A stretch of DNA of 64,000 nucleotides from Oopsacas minuta (taxonomy: Eukaryota > Animalia > Porifera), in assembly GCA_024704765.1 (NCBI GenBank), contig JAKMXF010000144.1:124001-188000 (forward strand). Direction: 5' to 3'. The stretch's first letter is position 1, and the number at the start of each line of letters is the position of its first letter. The position numbers were made by a program, and so were the translations under genes. The notes under the pieces are model-generated. The model was not told the origin of the DNA and ran no database searches. It worked only from the letters and a program-made list of their open reading frames with translations. Positions 25,488 to 35,950 of this stretch are shown here, piece by piece.

Positions 25488-28400
25488 TTAAAATATGGCA
25501 TCTTGTGAATATATAACTTTAGAGACACGTTTCTCTAAAGAATGTATAGCATTCTGTGACACTTTTGGACAATTTGATATGTCTATTTCTTTCAAACTGA
25601 GGAGACCTGATCGAATTGACTTGATGGCGTTGTCTGAAAGGTGTTTGCAGCCACTCAGCTTAAGTGTCCTCACATAGCGACACCCTTGTGATACATAGTC
25701 CATACTGTTGTCTGTTAATTGGATGCAATTTGATAGATCAAGCGACACCAGGAATCTAGAGGTGTGAAAATGTCATTAATCATTGATGATATGTAAAGTT
25801 AGTCAAATAGTAAAAGATGTGAGTATACACATATCTACAAACCAAATATGTGCTACTTACCCACAGAAGAATGCCACATTCTTCACAGCTGTATTATTAA
25901 TCCCTCGGCAATATGACAAATCCAAATAACTCAAATGTTTCGCGTTAGAACAAAACTTCTCAATACCGAGATCTGTCAAATTCACACATTCTGAGAGTGA
26001 TACATATTTGAGGATACTGTACTCCCCCAGGGAAGCGATCCCTGAGTCTGTTATGTTACACCCCGAGAGGTTTATGCCACTGAGTTTTGAAAGAGAGCAT
26101 ACCAATTCTACACCCGCGTCGGTAAGGAACTCACAATAACAAAACGATACATATGATAAATTAACGAGGTGTTGATTCATTCTTAACAACGTGACGTCAC
26201 TAATACGCACTAAATTAGTTAGTGTCAGTTCCATAATGCGTGTCTTAGAGTCCCCTTCGACTACCTGACGGATACCAGCGTCACCTATCTTGATACAATC
26301 TGCTACATTTATGATCTAAAACAACCTTAATTACTATAGCAGATTATCGTAGTTATGTAAAATGAAGTAACTGGAACTATTAATGATTTGTGCCATTTCT
26401 CACCTGTAAATGTTTGAGGTGTTTCAGAGCTTTGAGGGAAAGGTCTCCCAGTCTGCCACAATTCGCCACATGGATGTGTGACAACTGGACACATGCTTGT
26501 GCCAGTGTTTTAAGTGCCACATCAGTCACATTTTGATTATCCTCCAATTTGAATACTTTCAATTCTCTGTTTTGAATTGCAAGAGCCTTAACACCTAAAT
26601 CAGTGATAGATCGACAACCAATCAGATTCACGTGTCGCAAATGGTGACAGGTGGCAGAGAGCCCAATTAATGCATCATCTGATAGAGAATGAATATTTGA
26701 TAGAATTATAGTTTGGAGTTGAGGTGTCGCTTTCCCGAGGTATACGAGATAATCAGGTGTTAATTGGACACAACCAGAGAGATCCACGTGGACTAGCTTG
26801 TGGCAGCCTTTTCCCTCTGCCATGTGTAGCATACCCTGTAGAATCATAAAATTAATAGCGACACAATAATGTGGCACAAAAGGTGTCAGTTGTCTCTTCG
26901 CCTTCCTCGTTGAGGGGTGTAGCCAAATACCTAGGAGGTAACCATGGAAACGGGACAACACGTTAGGGAGTTGGTGAATATATTCATGTATGGAATGCTA
27001 TGATTCATGATATGTTATGTCCCCTGTACAAGGGTGTTAAAATATGAATAATCAACCTGACTAGTATTCGTGGTAATATAGTATATACATAACTGAAACT
27101 GAAACTAACCTGAGTAGTGAATTCGAGACAGTGCGCAAGGGATAGGAACCTTAAATTGATACAGTGTCTCGACAGAGCTCTAAGAAGATTGTCCCCACAA
27201 TCCGTGTACGAGATATTCAGGTACAATAGACTGGGACAGTTCTGACAGAGAGACGCTAGTGCCTCGTCGTTTATTGAAGGAATCTCTGATAGATTGAGGT
27301 CTTGTAGATTACGACATGAGGACACATTCTTGAGACCCACTTTAGTTATGGAATAGCAGCCTCTGATACTTAAGTGGCCGAGGAATGGACGACACTTTGA
27401 AAGGACACTTGACAGAGCTTTGTCTGTCACTTGTGATCTGAATTGTGATAAATTTATGTGTCTCCATAGAGAAGATTCCTGGGTGAGAAGCTTCCAAGCT
27501 CGAGACACACGAGCACACCTTTAAAACAAACAAATAAACAAACAAACAAGCAAACAAACACTCACCTAGCAAGACTCTTGAAATCAAGGTGTGAAAATAT
27601 CTTTGCTACCAGCTGTTTACCATCTACCATGTGTCCCTCTAGTCTTGTATCGAACACAACCACATTAACCACTAACTTCCCAATTTCATCCACAACATTA
27701 TCAGCTGTTTCATCATCAGCTGGGTAGTCTGGGTCACTCGTCGTTTGTGTCATTAGCCTCTTCATCCATAGACTCTGTTTCCTGGATTGTCTGGCATCCA
27801 CCCGCCATGCCCTGATAACAGCTGATAGCAGTCTATTCTGATCTATAGAGTAGAGTATTACTGCTCCTTTAGCATGCTGTCTCGTCACGTAGCGAGACCA
27901 CTCCAACCACTTTGAAAACACCTATAACAATATATCATGATAATACTGCCACTTTTAATATAGTTTCATATTGGTATGACATATTGGAACTAACCCTAGC
28001 ACATAGTTTCTTATTGAATACACTACGCGCCATATGGAACCTAATCTGCTCAACTCGTCTCTTCTCAATCTGTCTAACTCTCCACTGTCTGAACCCTAGC
28101 ATACTATCGGTCAATAGCTTAGTCTTGTAGTGAGTATAAGCTGTCATATACATATCAGCTGATGGCTCTAAAGCCTGCTCTTCCTTCTCTATTAACCGGA
28201 TCAAGCCTAGGGTGTTAAAATATGATTAATTAACCCGCGGAAATGTTTTGAATTTTTATGAAATTCAAATTTTACACAAATCACCTCCTTCAGTTCGGAC
28301 AGGAGGAGGTGAAGACACATTTGTAGACTCATAATATCAAGTAAAAATGGCTCAAAGTGTCTAAAAATAGAAGTTGTACCTTTCGGGAATATTCTCTTCT

Positions 28401-28626
28401 GAAGAGTTGCATCTTCTGGTACAAACATATTCCAAGAATAAGCTCCTTTTCTGGTCTTTAGTTCAGATAATCTGTCCCCCAAATAATCCCAAGGTTCTGG
28501 TGGTAGGTTAGCAACCAGTCCGGTTACTAAGCATTCGAAAATATCACAAAATTTTGTGTCGCTGACATATTTGAGTAATGACTGTTCCGCTTCGAAGAGA
28601 TAATTCGATCCATTTATATCTGACAT
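25488..28626 (-). CDS. FBXL13: F-box/LRR protein 13 (dynein regulatory complex subunit 6), multi-exon
   Basis: N-terminal dimerisation-like segment (IFECLVTGLVANLPPEPWDYL), F-box (KIFSHLDF..SRAWKLLTQESSLWRHINLS) and many Cys-containing LRRs in ORFs 27005-27508, 26380-26961, 25857-26234, 25488-25748. Not all exon boundaries resolved. Confidence 0.85.
26898..27055 (+). repeat. Dispersed repeat R1, copy C (inside a FBXL13 intron)
   Basis: Matches 8285-8450 directly and 4823-5087 inverted. Confidence 0.8.
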
Positions 28627-28811
28627 TCTAACTGGTTAAGATATGTAATAATTTTCACACCTTTTAAATAAGATAATAATCTGATAGATCGACACATTTG
28701 ACACCTTTTCACAGATATGTATCATGGGTAACCAGATACTTAGATAAATGGTACAAATAATTGGTTTAAATGAATCCCATATTTTAGTAGGCGAGGGGCA
28801 AGACCTTATAG

Positions 28812-28900
28812 CAGCGGTTCCTAGCAGGGAGTCCATGGAATCCTTGGTGGTCCTCTGACGACAGCAGGGGTCAACAGGTGAATAAGGTTAGGAACCGCTG
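28812..28900 (+). mobile_element. hAT-like MITE, 89 bp
   Basis: 14-bp TIR CAGCGGTTCCTAGC / GTTAGGAACCGCTG (13/14). Same family as 16965-17081. An 8-bp TSD is not convincing. Confidence 0.7.
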
Positions 28901-28924
28901 CCTCTGACCAGTTCCCCAATCAAC

Positions 28925-29035
28925 TTGTACTGTTGCGTGTCAGAATTGCTACCTGTAATCCGATTACACCTCATGATTTATGAATATCCATGGTACCAGT
29001 AATACAGGTAGCAATTCTGACACGCAACAGGACAA
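28925..29035. repeat. Long inverted repeat (28-bp perfect stem, 45-nt loop)
   Basis: 28930-28957 is the exact reverse complement of 29003-29030; extends to 33 bp with one mismatch. Confidence 0.9.
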
Positions 29036-29072
29036 CAAATACGCGCCAAGGAATGTGACAAATCTAAAATAA

Positions 29073-31833
29073 TTAATCAGAACATAACTCATAAATTTGT
29101 ATGTAAGCTTCCGACAAAGAAATCATTTCCGGTAACAAATCCGTGACATGTAAATCCTGCATTTCAAACCAATGTTTAGCACCTTTATGCTGCAAATGTA
29201 TTCTATAACTACCGCCATTCGGCATTCCATCGTGTACCACGTTAGCAACCAAGTTATATATGCCTAAAAAGTCGCTATTTTTAGGCACAAACTCTGATAA
29301 GTCCAGCTGTTTGATCGGAAAATTCACAATTGTTGGATTTTTTTCTGTGTAAAAAATATTTTTGGTAAACCTTTTGATGTATAATATGAGATATTTCGGG
29401 AGTTTTGTTATCTCAAAACGACGGAAGATTGTTTCCTTATTAGTTCTGTATTCCTTTTGGGTCTTGGTATCAAATTTGGAGAACAGCTCACTCAGTGACA
29501 CCTAAACAGATAATATTACATTCAGTATACCCCAGGACAATGTCTTACACCCTGAGATCGTCACTGCAGTCAGGGTCGATATTATGAAAATATCTTGGAT
29601 CCCAAATGGTACACAGACCCTTAGTGGTCCATGAAAGGGGCTGACAGTAACTAAAAATGTAATACAGTTTATGGGAGGGGGTCTAGGTGTGATAAAGGTT
29701 GGGAAGCGCTATCATATCATGAACCAAGCAACAGGTCCCATTAATGTTCCCATATGATTTGTAGTCCCATTCTTATGAACAATATTTGGGTATCCTGATG
29801 GTTTACAATGAGCAACAATGATTATATTTCCAGTTCTATATCTGACGTGATAAACTGTAACACGAATAACAACCTGTGGGATACTATTCCTGTCCATCTC
29901 ATCTCCAAACAGAGGAGGAGGCGGTACATCTAGGGTGAGATACAGGAAGGGACATTCCTCACACACCTCTTCTGCCTCTAGTAATAGGAGTGTTTGGGCT
30001 ATTGGATCTATCTCCGTATCATCTGTTGAATTAGGGAGCCGCTTAGAATACATCTAGTTATAGCAACAAAATAATTAACTCATATTCGAAAATCAGAATG
30101 AATCGCCCGCCAAAATCAGGACAATAACAAGTATGTTATACTTCCCTAACAACCTTAAGATGTCCTTGGAATGTCCGTGTGATTACAGTCTGTGTTTTCT
30201 TTGATCCACCTAACGCTATGTGGAGAGAGTTTAACAACCAAGCTAGGAATTCTATCGCGTCTCCTTGTCGCGTAATCTGGAACCTCTTCCTAGAGACATG
30301 TACGACAGCTTGTAACATTTCGTGAGGGGAGACATGAGCCTTGAAGTTGCGCTTGTTCCAAAGTTTACGAATTAACCCGCCAAATTGTGTGACTAGCAGA
30401 AACAGCTGATCGCCAGGGGGACGCTTTATACCGCCATAGTTGCATTCCTAGAGAATTGATTGGTTAAACATACAGCTGATAAGGAATTACAGATTAAGAC
30501 AAGTGTGAAGTTAAGGCGCCAATTATGAGGTCAATAAATCAGGCGCCAAAAGGAGGTTATGAAACTAAAAATTTCTGAATTCTGATATAGAATATTTGGT
30601 GCGTTTGGATCTGCCACTTAATGTGACAATTCCAGAGATTGAGTTTTGGTGGCAACCTACAGAACCAAATAGTCTTAACTCTGACACGTAGAGGTGTTAA
30701 GAAGTGTCATACCTGTAGGAAGTAATCACGTATAGCAGTCACATGAGATAAACTTTGTAACACGACATTCATGTAATCATTTGATTTAATATTATTAAGA
30801 CCAACTACTCCAGGTAGGTACAAGACCCCTGTCAGACTACGAGACCAATCCTCCCCTGTGTCAAGTGTAGCAATGTCCTCAGGTGTGAATTTAGGGTCCA
30901 GCTGATGTTTAATGTCGGCAAGAGAGGTGTCGTGTATCTCATAATTGTCAGGTAGACAGAAGAACCGGTGCGTGTTGAGATTTAGGAACACGTGGTGGCC
31001 AACATGTACCGAGTGGGTATAGGCGTGAGAACGGGGGCCTCGACCCTACAACACACAATGATACTATAAATAGAATTGTGGCAGACAGCATTTAATACTA
31101 TAAGTCAACGCCCGTTACATCGAAACTCAAGGAACCGCTAATATTAATTCGATATACCCGATGGAATAAGTGTTACTTTGTGTAATTTCGCCCTTCGATA
31201 TCAGCTGGTATTTCTATATCTGTGTTAGATATAACAGGAGATGACAGGAGAGTATTTTGATATATGAAAATGAGGACACATTAGAATCCACTGAATAGAT
31301 ATAACGCTTAATCTGGTTACTTGACCAGAAACACAACAATACAAATAGTGATACATTACTCGGGTTAATCAGGTAACACCTGTAATCCGGTAAATCAGGT
31401 CAAATTGTCCTCTTCATGATGAGACCCTATTATCTCTCCAATCGGATATCTCTAGCGCCAAAATATACTAAAATTAGAATGTGCTATATTTAGAATTGTA
31501 TCTTACTTGGAAATACTTGCCGCATACCAAACACGCATACACGTTGTTATTGGTGAGAGAAATTGAACATAACTTTTCAAAATCAAAATCTAAAACAGCT
31601 CTGTCTATTGTGTCGAGGTAAGGACACCTTATCATGCCACTTGAGGTGTTTGTTTCCAGGTTGTCATTAGTTTCAGTCCCGGAATGGAGGCGAGCTCGTT
31701 TGGAGCTTGGCTCATCGCTTTCAGAGGGTTCAGCGGCATTATTAGAGCCACTTTTCGTGGTGTTAGTGGCAATTGTGTCCTCATTAATGGCAGTAGTGGG
31801 AGACCCAGCTCCTGGAGTGTCACGTATAGACAT
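29073..31833 (-). CDS. USP39: U4/U6.U5 tri-snRNP protein USP39/SAD1, multi-exon
   Basis: ZnF-UBP (CPYLDTIDRAVLDFDFEKLCSISLTNNNVYACLVCGKYFQ|GRG), GLNNIKSNDYMNVVLQ, QGDAIEFLAWLLN, YNLVANVVHDG, WFEMQDLHV. Confidence 0.93.
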
Positions 31834-31961
31834 AAAATGCTGTAATTTTATTGGTTACAAATGAGTAATTGAAAATGTAAATTGGAACTAATTAAGGATC
31901 CACTACGACACAATTCTCCCCAATTTCCATTCTGTGTATTTCATTTTGTATAATTGAATTA

Positions 31962-33230
31962 TTAATAATAATAAATAAATATTATAAACAAGAAAATATT
32001 CGTAAACCCATCAATATTATGACACACAACTACTAAATTTAGATCTTTTGTTAGAGCTAGTCCTTGTGGGGAGATTTCCGGTCTATATTGTCCTCTTTCT
32101 ATTTCTATAGTGTGAATGAGGATTCCTTCTTTATTGAATATCTTTACATTACCTGGTGAGTAATCAGTGATAATTATATTCTTTGCTGCGTCTAGACAGA
32201 AGAAACCAGAATTGAAAACATGCCCCGTTATACGCATAGACACCAGAGAACGGAGTCTCTCTCCCGCGTGAGATAGCACCAGTACACGGGGATTGTCCTG
32301 ACAGAGCACGTAGACCTCATCAGCTGTTAGTTTTATGTCATGAGGGTTCTGAATTGGCTTTTTAGTGAGGTTACGTATGGGTTGTAGAGAGCTGTTGAGG
32401 ATCTGGATTCTGTGGTTATGATAATCTGTAACGTATACGTCTCCGTTAGTAGAGACAGCGAGGTTATGAGGATAGTTAAACTCTCCTATCTGAGTTCCTC
32501 TAGTCCCTAGCTTAGCGATTAGAGGAAAGCTAGTCTCCATTTTGAAGAGGAACACTGCATGTACTTTCATATCTGTGACGTACACATTATCCTCGTGTAT
32601 AGCTATGCCGAGGGGAGCTAGCAGGTCCTTATGGGTAAAGCTGTTTAGGTAGTCTCCTCTCTCTGTAAAGATGGAGATACGTTGGTGTGAGTCAAGTATG
32701 CTTAGTGCCCCCTCTGTAACAAAAATCCTGTTGGTATTATAGTCAATAGCTACAGCGTGAGGAATATCCAACTCTCCAGGAGCTCTCCCTTTCTTCCTAA
32801 CAGCTACTACCTCTCTCATAGCTTGGTAATTGGGTATGATTGGTACCTCCTCCTCTAGGACCTCTCCTAGTTCTGCAATCAGCTGCTCTAGGGGTTCGGA
32901 TTGGTTCCTGAATACAATATGGGTCTCAGGCTGGTGTGTATTAACCTCTGCTAATTTTAGCTCTATATCAGCTATCATTCTCTCCTGCAGCTCTCGGAGG
33001 TCATTCATTTGGAGGCGACGCTCCGTATCGGCCTTCATTCCGACCAGCTCCTCAAACTTTTTAATTCGGTCTGATCTCCTCGCTGCCTTTTCGACAGGTA
33101 GTTCGTGGTACCTGTTTAGGAGAGCTGCCCGTCTCTGGTTGAGGCGATAAACCATCCAATCGAATAGCTCATTGATTTGTCTCTCGATAGGGTCTACGGG
33201 GGCAATTACTGGGGCGTTATAACCTGCCAT
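31962..33230 (-). CDS. Coiled-coil plus NHL-repeat (TRIM-NHL-like, no RING) protein, intronless
   Basis: N-terminal heptads followed by NHL repeats (GELDIPHAVAID, PLGIAIH, GEFNYPHNLAVSTNGDVYVTD, PQGLAL). Confidence 0.85.
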   Translation of the reverse strand: MAGYNAPVIAPVDPIERQINELFDWMVYRLNQRRAALLNRYHELPVEKAARRSDRIKKFEELVGMKADTERRLQMNDLRELQERMIADIELKLAEVNTHQPETHIVFRNQSEPLEQLIAELGEVLEEEVPIIPNYQAMREVVAVRKKGRAPGELDIPHAVAIDYNTNRIFVTEGALSILDSHQRISIFTERGDYLNSFTHKDLLAPLGIAIHEDNVYVTDMKVHAVFLFKMETSFPLIAKLGTRGTQIGEFNYPHNLAVSTNGDVYVTDYHNHRIQILNSSLQPIRNLTKKPIQNPHDIKLTADEVYVLCQDNPRVLVLSHAGERLRSLVSMRITGHVFNSGFFCLDAAKNIIITDYSPGNVKIFNKEGILIHTIEIERGQYRPEISPQGLALTKDLNLVVVCHNIDGFTNIFLFIIFIYYY

Positions 33231-33953
33231 TTGTTGTTATTTGTTTCTAAATTATGAAAAGATAAACAGTTAGAGAATTGCTATAAACAAATATTCTTGT
33301 GTCTTATACTAGCAGAGCTGTCTTAACTAAATTGTGACATCTCTAGTGTCACTAATATTAATCTAATTATTGGATTATGAAACTAAACTGTAATTAGTTC
33401 CTTAAAAGGAATTTTCCAGAGAGAATGTGTATCGAGACTTATGTCAGAGCTAGGTGGTGGAATGTGGCGTCAGTTTGTGTCCCGCCTATTCTGATGCACA
33501 TGGTTACTCTCCACCCAGTCAGGAATGTTAGGAAAGGAAATACTTGAATTTGTAAGTAATCTAACACTTCTCATAGTTCTTACAGAGATAGCTCTGCTAG
33601 GATACCAGATAGCTCACAAGGAATGTGGCATATCTAATGAATGGCACAAGAATTCCTTTCTTAAACATGCAAGAGAATCGGTTTTCTTATAAATATTTTA
33701 ATCAGAAAATAACTTCAGCGCCACATGGCATTACAACCATCTAACAGACACTTAATCTCGTTATCCTATTGGCTAACAGATTAAGCTCAGCCGACCGTGA
33801 TAATTAAAGTGGCAGAGTATTAGATACGACACTTTTATGACACATTAGGTAAAGGACAAATAACTACAGATAACTCCGGTGATATCTAAGCTCAAGGGCC
33901 ACTTCAAAAGATAATTGTGAGGGCCAAAGGCCCGAAAAAGCATTCTGTAGGAA

Positions 33954-34081
33954 CTAGCAGCAACAGCCGCCCAGAGGGCGGCGTTGCGGCTAGCCATCAA
34001 TAAATGTAGATATTTTGACGCTTTCGCGTTTGTAAACAATAAGCTATAACTCTATCAGCTGATGCTATAGCTTATTGTTTA
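33954..34081 (-). mobile_element. Possible non-autonomous Helitron-like 3' end with two hairpins
   Basis: Minus strand: GC-rich hairpin GCAAC-GCCGCCC-TCT-GGGCGGC-T-GTTGC (33987-33960) followed 2 nt later by CTAG then T (33957-33953). A perfect 16-bp inverted repeat lies at 34033-34048 / 34066-34081. Confidence 0.4.
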
Positions 34082-34279
34082 TCCAAGTACTATTTTGTAT
34101 GAGCTTACATGTAATTCCTAGAAATAAGCTTCATACGACAAACCAACTCCCTGCTGACTGGGATTGTACTCTAGATAGCAGTTAATTTTACGGAGACTTG
34201 GCAGCACTGCCCGACACTGGGTTAGCGGGTATTTGGATATTAGTTAATCATATTTTCACACCTTTTTGACAATAGCAAA

Positions 34280-35658
34280 ATGAATGAAATGGAGAAGATC
34301 AGAATAGTTGCTCAATTCCTCTACGAGCACAATTATGAAACCACTTTAAAATCATTGTTGAATGAAAGTGGCACTGAATTTGTGGCAGAAAGTATGGTCC
34401 ACAAAACGGGAGAATTGGAACTAATTTTGGACGAGCATTACCTCCAAAAAAATAAAACAAAATCACCTTTGACCTTATTTGATAGATTCCCAAAAGGTGA
34501 CAAGTTACGACACATTCTGCCATCTCGTGTTTTGTGGCGGATTGAAGATATGACGTGTGGTAAGAATGTAATTGTATCGCGTTTAAGACAAGATGGCACA
34601 CTTTTTGTGGCAGCCTCAGATGCTCTCTTATATAAAGTGAATTTAGGCGTGGAATTAGATAAAGTGGCACCCGACATTTTAACCACAATTGATAAAGAAA
34701 TGCCACTAAATGAGCCACTTATTAAACCATTAACACCTATACCAACCACTTACAATATACACAAAGGCGCCATTTTGAGTATAGATATACATCCATGCCA
34801 TCCAGACATAATTGTGTCGAGTTCAATGGATAGAAGTGTCGCTATTTGTGACACATCGCTTTACCCAGAAGACACAAATCTGATAAAACAAATTTTCAGA
34901 GATCATGTCAAATATGTGGTAGGTGTTAAGTGGTCTCCAAGTGGCGCGTATTTCGCTAGTGTCGGATACGATTCGGAACTTAATGTGTACTTTGGTTCTA
35001 TATCTGCCACTTACGACACTAATTTCAAAAAAGTTTTCCACGAGACCCATAAAGGCGCCATAGAAGGTATAGCATTTGCCCGCCATAAAGATTTGTTGGC
35101 TACTTGCTGTCGCGATGATTTCCTTATCCACCTCTATCAGATGGCAGTGCCACCTGGTAAGTGACAACGACACATTAAGTGGCATAGTTAGACACAATAT
35201 AACTTATTTTCTATTCTACAGATGGCTCAGATGACACATTTTCAGGTGGCGTTAGTAAAGTGGCAGAAATAAACTTGAATTCGTTAGGTGACGATTTCAT
35301 ATCAATGACGCCAATGTATGTGTCTTTCAGTCCAGACGATAAACACATTTTAGTGTCCACAGACCGTGACAGACTAATTATATTATCTGTTGAAGGTGGT
35401 GAAGTGGTAGCGACACTTTATGGCGCATCTAGTGACGGGTTTTCTCAGCCAAAAAACAGCTGGCACGAATCTAGCGCCTATATTTATGGGACATCTCAGG
35501 ACAACACGGTTTGTGTCTGGGAAGTGGTTTCTCAGAAAATTGTGTCCAAACTCAATGGGCACAAGGGTAGAATTAGAGATTTACAAATTGTGTCCTATCA
35601 AGAGCGACAACTTATGATAACTGGTGCTTTTGATGCCACAGTTTGTATCTGGTGCTAA
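34280..35658 (+). CDS. LisH and WD40-repeat protein, 2 exons
   Basis: Exons 34280-35156 and 35222-35658 (phase 1). LisH-like IVAQFLYEHNYETTLKSL; WD repeats HKGAILSIDIHP, HVKYVVGVKWSPSG, GHKGRIRDL, TGAFDATVCIW. Confidence 0.85.
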
Positions 35659-35950
35659 AAATAGAATTCTTTGTTACTATATTTAGAATAGTTGTGAATA
35701 TCCTTATTATCACTAGTTCAATTATAAGCCAATCATATTGTAAAGGGTGGCACAGTCTCAGGTGTCAAAAGGGTTTTACGTACTCGATACAATCGGATTT
35801 TGAGGGTGTTACGTGGCAGTTTATGATAAGCACCCAATGGCTACTTTTTAGAGTTTGAAACTCACTGAACTATGAATGTAAACACAATGTATTACCGACA
35901 CAATGGGCCACTTGAAATATTTAATATTAGACACTTTATTAGCCAATTAA

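Noticed and set aside
30770-30810. USP39 lacks the catalytic Cys (NDYMN)
   Set aside because: This is the known state of all USP39/Sad1 proteins, not a novelty.
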